A stretch of 63,323 nt of DNA, taken from positions 64,001 through 127,323 of IMG/VR virus record IMGVR_UViG_3300003973_000001; one strand, given 5' to 3'. Below are positions 8,634 through 17,195 of the stretch, piece by piece. The translations under genes and the position numbers were made by a program. How positions within the stretch are numbered: position 1 is the stretch's first letter; every line of letters starts with the position of its first letter. The stretch comes from a virus. Lineage: Duplodnaviria; Heunggongvirae; Uroviricota; Caudoviricetes. The notes beneath the pieces were generated by a model that made no database searches, was not told the DNA's origin, and saw nothing but the letters and a program-made list of their open reading frames with translations.

Positions 8634-9137
8634 ATGTTAACAAGAGCAGAGTGGAGCGATATTAAATTTAAGTTGGAAATGGTGGCTATTAAATTCTTGA
8701 AAGAGAATTATGATTTAAAATTAGAAGTCCCAATCGTTCTGAATGGTAGATTAAAAAGTAAGTTTGGTAGATTTATACATGCTCCTCATAATTCGAAAAA
8801 TAGGATTTCTTATAGTATTGAAATATCAAAAAACTACATAGAGTATCAGACTTGGGAGAACGTCATATCAACGCTTAAGCATGAGCTAATACATTATGCC
8901 TTGTATGAGCTAGGAAAGCCATACAGGGACGGAGAAAAAATATTTGAGAGTGAACTGGCTAAGCATGGCTCTCACAGCACTGGGACTCTTGAATTTAAAG
9001 GCGAGATGAATATATATAAATGTAAGGGATGCGGATTAGAATATAGAAGAGTTAGAAAGTACCCTAATAACGCTAAAGGATATACATGTGGAGATTGTGG
9101 AAGTGAAATTTATTACGATGGGAGGAAACTTGTGTAA
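8634..9137 (+). CDS. SprT-like zinc metalloprotease
   Basis: LKHELIHY (HExxH); C-terminal CxxC..CxxC ribbon. Confidence 0.85.
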   Translation: MLTRAEWSDIKFKLEMVAIKFLKENYDLKLEVPIVLNGRLKSKFGRFIHAPHNSKNRISYSIEISKNYIEYQTWENVISTLKHELIHYALYELGKPYRDGEKIFESELAKHGSHSTGTLEFKGEMNIYKCKGCGLEYRRVRKYPNNAKGYTCGDCGSEIYYDGRKLV

Positions 9138-9145
9138 ATTTTTAT

Positions 9146-9174
9146 TTGACTTCTTAGTGTGATGGTGTTACACT
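9146..9174 (+). promoter_or_regulatory. sigmaA promoter containing motif B
   Basis: TTGACT-17-TACACT. Confidence 0.7.
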
Positions 9175-9214
9175 TATACACAAGATAATAAACGAATAAG
9201 GGAGAGATTTTAAA

Positions 9215-10162
9215 ATGTCAAAAGTTGCTTATTTAGAAGATAAGATTGAGAAAGCGGAATTAAAAGTTGAAAAGTGTAACAGTACTATTGAAAGACACAA
9301 GAAGCAATTAGAAAAGAAAATTCAAGCTGTAATTAAGGCGGTAGGATTAGATTTAACTGGTAAGAGCAAGGAAGAAATTGAAGTAATTAGAGAGCCATAC
9401 AGAACTACTGATGACTCTTGGACAATTTATGAAGTTGTAAGTAAGCTTGATGATATTAAAGGCGCTAAAAAGAAATTGAGTGAAGCTGAGATAGTATTAT
9501 CAAACTGGCGTACAAAACTGGATGCGGAAATAAATAAAGAGAATTTCATTCGCGACAATGCTCCACAAGTAATCAAAGATTTTCTGGAGGAATGGAAAAC
9601 ACTGGCTTATGAGTGGCACATCAAGCGATACGAAGATTATCAAGACTTTAAAAAGAAGCTGAATCAGAAAGTATTTGAAGCTCAAATTGAGTGCATCAAA
9701 ACTACGCCAGAGTATGCTGAATATCTAGATGAAAACGGAGAAGTTCAAGAGCAATATAAAGGTGAATATAATATAACGAACATTCTTCCAAGAAATCCTA
9801 TGAAAAAGTATCTGGAGGAGCGTGACCTTGATTATAGCGGTGTCCAAGCTAGAAAGGCTTCGTATGCAGGAGCTGTAGTATTTAATATGGATACAATGAG
9901 AAGCGTATCCAAACGCCTAGAGTACCTAGAGAAAACACTTGAGCATGATAAGCAAATGAAAATGTTCGACTTAATCCAACGCATAACTAAAGCTGTAGGT
10001 GAGATTACAGACGCTTCTGGATTAAAGGTTAATCAAAAAGGATGCTTAGATGGTTTTATCATTGGCAACAAAGGTAAGGCGAGCTTAGAAACAATTGGAG
10101 CAGGTGGATGGAATATTGTTTGCTTCCATTACAGAACATTAATCAAGCCAGTTAAAGAGTAG
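9215..10162 (+). CDS. Conserved phage coiled-coil protein
   Basis: Long helical region; C-terminal ETIGAGGWNIVCFHYRTL motif. Confidence 0.75.
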   Translation: MSKVAYLEDKIEKAELKVEKCNSTIERHKKQLEKKIQAVIKAVGLDLTGKSKEEIEVIREPYRTTDDSWTIYEVVSKLDDIKGAKKKLSEAEIVLSNWRTKLDAEINKENFIRDNAPQVIKDFLEEWKTLAYEWHIKRYEDYQDFKKKLNQKVFEAQIECIKTTPEYAEYLDENGEVQEQYKGEYNITNILPRNPMKKYLEERDLDYSGVQARKASYAGAVVFNMDTMRSVSKRLEYLEKTLEHDKQMKMFDLIQRITKAVGEITDASGLKVNQKGCLDGFIIGNKGKASLETIGAGGWNIVCFHYRTLIKPVKE

Positions 10163-10365
10163 GAGTGGATTAGAATGTACAAGAGAGCAGAGCCTGTTTT
10201 AATTAATGAAAATACTTGGGTGGAAGTTAACGAGGGACACCTCGTTCTCTTCCAGATAAGTAGAGTAGATGGTCAAACGCGACATATTGTAATAGATGAT
10301 GAAGGCAAAGAGAAGTTGCGAGAAATTATAAAATAAACTTTTATACAAAAGATTTGCAGAGGGTG

Positions 10366-10394
10366 TTGACTTCTGGTGAAACATCCATTATAAT
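10366..10394 (+). promoter_or_regulatory. Consensus sigmaA promoter just downstream of motif A
   Basis: TTGACT-17-TATAAT. Confidence 0.8.
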
Positions 10395-10456
10395 TTTAAT
10401 TAACAAGTGATACGGTAACACAGTAACACATTAAAACATAAGGGAGAGATTTTAAA

Positions 10457-11251
10457 ATGAAATCAGATATCAAATTAATTAAAGAAGATAGCTTGGAAGT
10501 TGTAGCGGAATTTAGAGAAGGATATATAAACTTCATTAAAGAAGATAACGGTAAGACGAGCATTGTAACAATGAGTTATGGCGATTTAGAACATGCATTA
10601 AAAGGAATTAAAGAAGGTAAAGAGGATACGGATGAAGCTCGCAAAGGTTTGGAGATGGAATTCTTCAAAGGCGGAGTAACGATTCATAGACCAACAGAAT
10701 ATGTAACTCTGTTTAAAAGAGAAGTAGAAATCGTTTATAATGAAATTAGAAAGAGTGAGGGCATGCTAGAAGAAGATAATAAGCAAGATGAGTTTGAAAT
10801 TGCTAAACTCGAAGCTCAGAAAGAAATATTAGCAGAACAGATTCGATTAATGGATGCAAAACAGAGAGAGTTAGAAAAGAAGATTGTGGAGCATCAACAA
10901 AGCATCGAGCGCAGAAAATATAAAGGGAACACATTCCATGAATATTTTGGAAGCATTAAAGGAGAGCGCGCGGATGGAGATTTCAATATCACAATTGACG
11001 ATTGGGATAGAACAATCCATGTAGAAACTATGAATGGAGACTTTGAGGTCAGCATAGATGGCGACTACAAAGATAATCTACTTCCAAAATTACGAGTGTA
11101 TAGAGATACTGGTGTTAGAACTTACGAGAAAGAATATTATGGAGGGAAAGTTCCACAAAATCACGAAGCGCTATACAAGAGAATGGTTTCTATTAAGGAA
11201 AAGTATGGCAAGATGATTATAGATGGTACTCTTGAGCCGAAGGAGGCTTAG
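10457..11251 (+). CDS. Hypothetical protein with central coiled coil
   Basis: ORF with RBS. Confidence 0.75.
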   Translation: MKSDIKLIKEDSLEVVAEFREGYINFIKEDNGKTSIVTMSYGDLEHALKGIKEGKEDTDEARKGLEMEFFKGGVTIHRPTEYVTLFKREVEIVYNEIRKSEGMLEEDNKQDEFEIAKLEAQKEILAEQIRLMDAKQRELEKKIVEHQQSIERRKYKGNTFHEYFGSIKGERADGDFNITIDDWDRTIHVETMNGDFEVSIDGDYKDNLLPKLRVYRDTGVRTYEKEYYGGKVPQNHEALYKRMVSIKEKYGKMIIDGTLEPKEA

Positions 11252-11253
11252 GA

Positions 11254-11460
11254 ATGAGTAAGTCATGGGAAGTATTCTATAATGAAATAAGCCCTCGTAT
11301 CAAAGAAGTAGAGGGCTTAGAGTTTAAAATGACTTGCTACACGCCAAAAGACTGGGATGGTGTAGGAGTAAATACTAATAAAGGTATGATACATATCTTG
11401 AGTGATGGCACTGTGATTGATGAAAATAATTTACTAAAGGGAGAGATTCTAAATGATTAA
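11254..11460 (+). CDS. Hypothetical protein
   Basis: Operon-coupled ORF. Confidence 0.6.
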   Translation: MSKSWEVFYNEISPRIKEVEGLEFKMTCYTPKDWDGVGVNTNKGMIHILSDGTVIDENNLLKGEILND

Positions 11461-11857
11461 AGGATTACCGACATTATGCTATGGAACACTTGCTACAACA
11501 GGGGAAACAATTATTATCAGTCGAGGACAAAGCGGATATTGGAAATGTGAAGACCAGAGACCTGCTGATGAATTAAATAAAGGTATTGACGTAACTAAAG
11601 CAGTGGCGATGGCAATGGAATGGGGTTCTAAAAACGGATGGGATACTGATGGAGCAGACCCTGCTAACTGGAACGAAGACGGAACGTTTAAAAAGAAAGA
11701 AGAAAAGAAAGAGACTGTGAAAGCAAAAAAAGAATGTATGCTTTGCTACAATACAAATGAAGATGAAATTGAGAAAGTGCCATTATTCTCTGATGGTGAC
11801 GGAAACGAAGGTCACTATGAAGAGTGGATGTGTAAAGAAGGAAAAGGTTGTAGCTGA
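11453..11857 (+). CDS. Hypothetical protein with mobile-element-type AMxxGSxxGWDxxGADP motif and Cys-rich tail
   Basis: AMEWGSKNGWDTDGADP; CxxC...C...C. Confidence 0.65.
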   Translation: MIKGLPTLCYGTLATTGETIIISRGQSGYWKCEDQRPADELNKGIDVTKAVAMAMEWGSKNGWDTDGADPANWNEDGTFKKKEEKKETVKAKKECMLCYNTNEDEIEKVPLFSDGDGNEGHYEEWMCKEGKGCS

Positions 11858-11859
11858 TA

Positions 11860-12264
11860 ATGAATAGAGGCAATCTAGATGCACTTGAGGAGATAAGGGA
11901 TATGATAAAAAATATCCCTCCAGAAGTGCAAAGCGCAATGTTTATGATTGGCTTCATGTCTACATATGAAACGGAAGCAGTTGAGGATGAAAAAGTTGCA
12001 ACAAGAAGACTGAGGGAAGAATTGAAGAATAATATCAATGAATTATCTTTTGATAAACTTCTTGCCTTATATCCTCTTATACAGCTCCTTCTAGTCTCTC
12101 AGAGGCATTCTAAAACGTTTGATAGGGAAATACATCTGAGAACAAAAGAAGCCTATCAAAAGGGTTATAAGGACGCTCAAAAAGAAAAAGGTTCTTATGA
12201 AAAAGGATTTGAAGAAGGTAAGGCGTTGCGAATAAAAGAATTAAGAAAAATGAGGGACTGGTGA
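11860..12264 (+). CDS. Hypothetical protein
   Basis: Operon-coupled ORF. Confidence 0.65.
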   Translation: MNRGNLDALEEIRDMIKNIPPEVQSAMFMIGFMSTYETEAVEDEKVATRRLREELKNNINELSFDKLLALYPLIQLLLVSQRHSKTFDREIHLRTKEAYQKGYKDAQKEKGSYEKGFEEGKALRIKELRKMRDW

Positions 12265-12563
12265 GCCAGATGAAAAACAAAGAGCTGATTAAAGAAAGAG
12301 TTAGCAAATTAGAAGATGATTTAAAGCTAGGATGCTACGATGATAGAATTGAAAATGTATCAAAGAAGGGATTGGATGAAATCCTCTCATCTATTGAGGC
12401 GTATGACTGGGGAGATAAAGAGATTTCCATAAATAGAGCCAAGCATATCGTTGAAATTGAATGTGTTAACGGTGAAATAGACCTATATGTTCTAGCTAAA
12501 GCAGAGTATATGAATCGATATGGAATCACAGAAGAAGATTATGATGAGAAATTCGGAAAATAA
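12261..12563 (+). CDS. Hypothetical protein
   Basis: GTGA overlap with upstream stop. Confidence 0.65.
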   Translation: MSQMKNKELIKERVSKLEDDLKLGCYDDRIENVSKKGLDEILSSIEAYDWGDKEISINRAKHIVEIECVNGEIDLYVLAKAEYMNRYGITEEDYDEKFGK

Positions 12564-12577
12564 AAGAGAGATTTTAA

Positions 12578-12744
12578 ATGAAAGACGATAAAAAAATTAA
12601 AGTACATCCAATTATTGGCGGAGAGCCTCACACATGTATCCATTGTGATAAAAAAATGTAGAAGTTACAAACGTATATAACTATCCAAGTGGGAAGCATG
12701 CACATTTAAATTGTCATATAGAGAATAATGGAGGAAGAATATAA
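12578..12744 (+). pseudogene. Small Zn-finger gene interrupted by a frameshift in an A7 run
   Basis: MKDD...TCIHCDKK then TAG; one extra A gives ...KHAHLNCH...GGRI* ending in a TAATG overlap with the next gene. Confidence 0.6.
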
Positions 12745-12986
12745 TGAGCGAGAAATTGGCTTGGGATTTTTCAGACAGAGAAGAGATTAAAAGACTAATC
12801 GAAACAACGGAGAACGGTATGTATGAGTCTCACAATGAAGATGGTAATAAAGTTATAGTATTTGTACAGCAAGGTGCAGGATTGGATACACACACGTATC
12901 AGAGCAATGGATGGATTCGTGTAGATAGTTATGATGAAAATGGATTCTGGGAAGGCGATACATTTAGCGGTAGATGGGATAGATAA
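12744..12986 (+). CDS. Hypothetical protein
   Basis: GGAGG RBS. Confidence 0.7.
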   Translation: MSEKLAWDFSDREEIKRLIETTENGMYESHNEDGNKVIVFVQQGAGLDTHTYQSNGWIRVDSYDENGFWEGDTFSGRWDR

Positions 12987-13013
12987 TATCCTATCTCTGA
13001 AAGGGAGAGCGAA

Positions 13014-13250
13014 ATGGAAAACGTGACTAGAGTGTATATTAAATCAGAATTAATAAGATTAGACAGCGGAGAAGTAAAAAATCTCACGCTTAAAGGAGTA
13101 TATCCGAGCGTATTGGAAGGTGTTCTAGGAAGCTTTGAGGATGTGGAGACAAACGGTTGGCAAGGTGATTATTGGACGAAGACAGATAAATATGAAATTA
13201 GTGGATGTATGTATTATGGAAAGGCAACAATCTCGCTTAGAGGGGAATGA
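13014..13250 (+). CDS. Hypothetical protein
   Basis: ORF with RBS. Confidence 0.65.
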   Translation: MENVTRVYIKSELIRLDSGEVKNLTLKGVYPSVLEGVLGSFEDVETNGWQGDYWTKTDKYEISGCMYYGKATISLRGE

Positions 13251-13257
13251 TAAACCT

Positions 13258-13413
13258 ATGGATATATACACGGCTACAGCTATTAAAAATCAGATGCTGA
13301 AACAGCTCGAAGAAAAGTTGGAGCGCAAACTTACCGAGGGCGAAATGGAAGTATTTTACGCTACCTCAAATATGGCGCTCTTAAAAGGCGAGAGATACGG
13401 TAGGTGTAATTAA
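13258..13413 (+). CDS. Hypothetical protein
   Basis: AGGGG RBS before internal ATG. Confidence 0.5.
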   Translation: MDIYTATAIKNQMLKQLEEKLERKLTEGEMEVFYATSNMALLKGERYGRCN

Positions 13414-13823
13414 TAATATCGGACTTTTATTAGGAGGCAGAGGTATAAATGGTCAGCGTTTTAGGAATGGATAAGTTAGATGAAATATGGGACTCAGCAA
13501 GTCCATGTAAGTGTGGCAATGATGATAAGTGGGCGCAAGATATATTTGGTGGAATAACTTGTACATTGTGTAAGCAGGAAGTTGCTGAGAATGTAATAAA
13601 ATATTAATCACGAGATAAAGGGATGTAGGAAATGTTTGTAAAATTCAAGATTAAATCAGAGGCGCAAAGTGATTTACCGCATATGTCATTCTTGCCTCAT
13701 ATAAGCGAGGTAATTGTAACAGGTGGAGAGGGTAGAGACGTTGTGGACGTGGTAGATATTCACGATGGGATTGAGTTTAGAATCCATAAAAAATATTTAG
13801 AAATGGTATAGGAGGTATGTAAA

Positions 13824-14159
13824 ATGACTAATACGCACGATTCGAAAAGACGACCAGAAGTAGGCGTTAAAGATATGGATAAATACGAAAATGGTGGACT
13901 TGAGATTGAGGAACGATTAACAAATGGATATTTAATGTATGTACCATATGGTATTCATTGTGATATTTTTGAGTCAATTGAAGTTGGTATTCGTTTGATG
14001 TCTAAAAGAATTGAAGAGTTAAACAAAACTCTTAATGAGATTACAGATGACACAGGCATCAATCCCTCTGTTAAGAGAATGCTTAAAGAGCAGATAGATG
14101 ACATGAAGAAGCATCTACATGTATTAGAGAAGATATCCCCAATCAAGCACGAGATTTAA
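13824..14159 (+). CDS. Hypothetical protein
   Basis: GGAGG RBS. Confidence 0.7.
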   Translation: MTNTHDSKRRPEVGVKDMDKYENGGLEIEERLTNGYLMYVPYGIHCDIFESIEVGIRLMSKRIEELNKTLNEITDDTGINPSVKRMLKEQIDDMKKHLHVLEKISPIKHEI

Positions 14160-14238
14160 ACAAATTTATTGCAATACATATTAAAAACTATTAAACTGTA
14201 TGAATGGATTAATAAATTTAAAAATGCGGAGGAACAGA

Positions 14239-14550
14239 ATGAAGAAGTGGACAATTTGGGGAATTATCTTTTACATCCATTCAGCAGTATTACTTTTCTT
14301 AGGATTTGATAGACTCGGAGGATATCAAAATTCTGAAGTATATACCGATACGAATAAATATGCCTACGTAGGCGGAGATGCGTACAATTATATTATCAAT
14401 ACTAATGTGCTTACAGGTTATCTTGTGCTTAGTGCATCATTCTTTGTGGCAGGTACATTGTTAATCTCAACTGGTTCAATTCTAAGAGCCATCAAAGGCA
14501 GTCAAGAGAACGTTAAACAAGTATCAAGTACTGTAAGCTTAGAGAAGTAA
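14239..14550 (+). CDS. Two-TM membrane protein (moron-like)
   Basis: Two hydrophobic helices flanking YAYVGGDAYNYII; own promoter TTGCAA-17-TAAACT (14169-14197). Confidence 0.75.
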   Translation: MKKWTIWGIIFYIHSAVLLFLGFDRLGGYQNSEVYTDTNKYAYVGGDAYNYIINTNVLTGYLVLSASFFVAGTLLISTGSILRAIKGSQENVKQVSSTVSLEK

Positions 14551-14559
14551 TAAAACGTT

Positions 14560-14597
14560 GCAATGGGGCTAATAGAAGGCTCATTGCGATTCTTATT
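14560..14597 (+). terminator. Hairpin, possible intrinsic terminator
   Basis: GCAATGGG/CTCATTGC stem, weak U tract. Confidence 0.5.
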
Positions 14598-14653
14598 CAA
14601 ACAAAAGATTTGCATAAAAAGAAGTTAAATGCTACAATAATCTCTAATGAGAG

Positions 14654-14920
14654 GTGTTAGTGGCTATGCACATAAACGAAGATAAGGAAGATTTTCGTAA
14701 TAGCAGAAGAAACATAGACACAGCAGATTACGTTCAGTTTAAAGGGATGTATGATGTTGTGGCAGGGATAAGAGCAATCGTTGCTCTAGCATTAATACTA
14801 GGAATCCCATTCTTACTATTTGCATTTACAGAATCTATCAAAGGTATGCTTATCTTGGGAGGAATCTTTGCTGTATTACATCTTACATGTAAAGCGATGA
14901 AGAGAAGCTTCTTTGGATAG
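14654..14920 (+). CDS. Membrane protein
   Basis: Two hydrophobic helices; promoter TTGCAT-17-TACAAT at 14610-14638. Confidence 0.65.
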   Translation: MLVAMHINEDKEDFRNSRRNIDTADYVQFKGMYDVVAGIRAIVALALILGIPFLLFAFTESIKGMLILGGIFAVLHLTCKAMKRSFFG

Positions 14921-14954
14921 TAGGTAAAGCTTGAAATAAAATCAGGCTTTTCTA

Positions 14955-14983
14955 TTGACTGTCTAGTGTTATGGTGTTACACT
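14955..14983 (+). promoter_or_regulatory. Promoter of the recombinase-like gene, containing motif B
   Basis: TTGACT-17-TACACT. Confidence 0.7.
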
Positions 14984-15016
14984 AATACACGTAGTAATCA
15001 AAAGGAGATGATTTAT

Positions 15017-16036
15017 ATGATAGCACAAGTAATTGAATTGAATGATTCTGAAGCAGTAGATTTACATAATTTTAAAATCTACAATATTTTTCAATCTTTT
15101 ATAGGAGCGCATGCGATGAACTCAGAGCGAACAGCAGGGGAGTATCAGAGTAGAATCACAGAGTTCTTTCAAATTGTATTAAATAAACCGATTCAACTAG
15201 TAAAGGAAGAGGATGTTATAAATATTGAAAGATTAGATATTCAGAACTATGTTAGCAAGTTACTGGAAAATAAGAATTCTAAAAAGACTATAAAGACTAA
15301 ACTCAATAGCGTATCTAGTTTTTATAATGAAATGATGAAGAATAAGATATCGTTGAATCAATCGATTCTAAGAGTCAGTATGAAGACGACAACAAAGCAT
15401 CATGATTCACTATCATTTCATGAGTTAGAAGACCTGTATGAGTTTATGAGAGGCGAAAAGGAATTATCTTTAGAAAAGCGTCTCGTAACGAAGTTCTTTG
15501 CTACGACAGCAAATCGTAGGAGTGTTACATTCAATATGACTTGGAATAACATCACACAAAAGACAGACGTTGTGACAGGTAGAAAAGTGTGGGTAGTAAC
15601 AGTAATAGCAAAAGGTGTGAAAGAATCAGAGAAGCCAATCTCAGATGAATTCTATGAGGAGTTGCAACAGTTGAATAATGGACAAGATAAAGTATTCAAC
15701 CTATCCTCTAGGACGTATGAGAGAGCCTTAGAGAGATTTTCTAAGCAGTTGGGCAGGAAGGTCACTATCCATGGATTAAAGGCTACAGCAGTTACTATAG
15801 GATATCAGATGACAAAAGATATTAACCTTTGTAAGCAGTTAGCAGACCATGAAGATATTTCAACTACAGGAATCTATCTGAAAGAAGAGAAGTCTTATAC
15901 GAATCAGCTTAGCTACAATATGAGCAGAAAGTTAGATGATTCTATTTTAAAAGATATGAGCAAAGAAGATTTATTGAAGTTTCTAGAAGATAATGAGGAT
16001 ATTAAGAATTCAATCTTAATGAGATTGGGTGTATAG
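15017..16036 (+). CDS. Tyrosine recombinase/integrase-family protein (SPbeta YopP-like?)
   Basis: SAM-like N-domain; ANRRS (R), HGLK (K replaces R of HxxR), LADHEDISTTGIY (H, Y). Confidence 0.8.
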   Translation: MIAQVIELNDSEAVDLHNFKIYNIFQSFIGAHAMNSERTAGEYQSRITEFFQIVLNKPIQLVKEEDVINIERLDIQNYVSKLLENKNSKKTIKTKLNSVSSFYNEMMKNKISLNQSILRVSMKTTTKHHDSLSFHELEDLYEFMRGEKELSLEKRLVTKFFATTANRRSVTFNMTWNNITQKTDVVTGRKVWVVTVIAKGVKESEKPISDEFYEELQQLNNGQDKVFNLSSRTYERALERFSKQLGRKVTIHGLKATAVTIGYQMTKDINLCKQLADHEDISTTGIYLKEEKSYTNQLSYNMSRKLDDSILKDMSKEDLLKFLEDNEDIKNSILMRLGV

Positions 16037-16049
16037 CCTAATCTCTGGG

Positions 16050-16078
16050 TTGACACCATTAAGCAAAAGTATTACAAT
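16050..16078 (+). promoter_or_regulatory. sigmaA promoter with motif A in the spacer
   Basis: TTGACA-17-TACAAT; 29 of 30 bp identical to 31610-31639. Confidence 0.8.
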
Positions 16079-16115
16079 GTTAATCGTTAAGTATTTTGTT
16101 AGAGGAGATGAGATT

Positions 16116-16373
16116 ATGTATTTATTAGAATTTCACTTCCCTTATACGAAGGAGACTGTTCCAAAAACTCTTGTCGAGTCGCAGAAACTTCTAAATCACC
16201 TCGTCCACTTTTTGCAGATAGAACTGTGTAGAGGTAGGCTAGACAATCATATAATCATCGTTACATCCGCCTCAGGTTATCGAGATGATATTCCTATTAT
16301 TGGCAGAGAAATTGAAGTAATTATGTTTATTCATCAATTTAAGAAGCAATATTGCCTGCAGATGCCACACTAG
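16116..16373 (+). CDS. Hypothetical protein
   Basis: GAGGAG RBS. Confidence 0.6.
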   Translation: MYLLEFHFPYTKETVPKTLVESQKLLNHLVHFLQIELCRGRLDNHIIIVTSASGYRDDIPIIGREIEVIMFIHQFKKQYCLQMPH

Positions 16374-16554
16374 GTAACATGATTGAAAATGGTTGATATA
16401 ATAACTGTTTTCGCTTATAATTTATTTAAGCAAAAGATTTGCAGAATTTTAGTAGTTAAATTAAGCGAATTAACCAATCGCTTCAAAACTTAGGAGGTTT
16501 TTACATTGAATCAATCTATTACAAAGCACATAATAAGGAAGGAAGTAATTAAAA

Positions 16555-16983
16555 ATGAGAGATATTTTAAATTTACAGGCTTTAAAACATAGCAAGAATA
16601 GGAAACATAATAAGATTTATGAGAAAGCACATCGCATTATGTCAGAAGGATATGAGACTCCAGAACTTACTGATGAAGAAGTTATGGAGATTGCAAAAGG
16701 CTTCACAATGCTTGATACGACAGTATTAATCAATGGAGATATAAGAGTAATTAGCAAGAAAGATACTTGGATGATTCGAGATGAAGGCAGATTTTATACT
16801 CTATACCATAAAGGATTCACTTTTACAAAAGAGAGAATGAAAGAGTCTTATCACGTTCAAGATGTGTTCTATGACATAAACTATATTTTTGCAAGCATCG
16901 TAAGCCATGATGACTATGCACTGGGAATCAAATGTCGAAAGCCATCCGAATTAAAGAAAATTGTCGAATCATGTCGAAATTGA
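16555..16983 (+). CDS. Hypothetical protein
   Basis: ORF with RBS. Confidence 0.7.
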   Translation: MRDILNLQALKHSKNRKHNKIYEKAHRIMSEGYETPELTDEEVMEIAKGFTMLDTTVLINGDIRVISKKDTWMIRDEGRFYTLYHKGFTFTKERMKESYHVQDVFYDINYIFASIVSHDDYALGIKCRKPSELKKIVESCRN

Positions 16984-17030
16984 TGTGATTCGTAAGTTTT
17001 AACTGTAATTAACTTGAAAAATTTGTCGAA
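16933..17030 (+). promoter_or_regulatory. Cluster of four perfect Spo0A boxes (TGTCGAA)
   Basis: 16933, 16962, 16972, 17024. Confidence 0.7.
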
Positions 17031-17081
17031 ATTAACTGGTTAAATAAACCAAAATTCTTAAAAGAAATTATTGAAAAACCC

Positions 17082-17110
17082 TTGCATTCCTTAAGCTAAT
17101 GTATTACAAT
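17082..17110 (+). promoter_or_regulatory. Promoter of the MrpR-like gene with a motif A variant in the spacer
   Basis: TTGCAT-17-TACAAT; TTAAGCTAATGTATTACA 17091-17108. Confidence 0.7.
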
Positions 17111-17195
17111 TTATTTGTAAGGTTAACAAACTAATAAATGGAAATTATTATAAACATTAAATAAATTGGATATAATAATGAAGGGGAGTTCTAAA

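Noticed and set aside
6558-14982. Motif B as a TnrA/GlnR or CRP-type site
   Set aside because: The spacer is N5 (TGTNA-N5-TNACA), not N7 or N6
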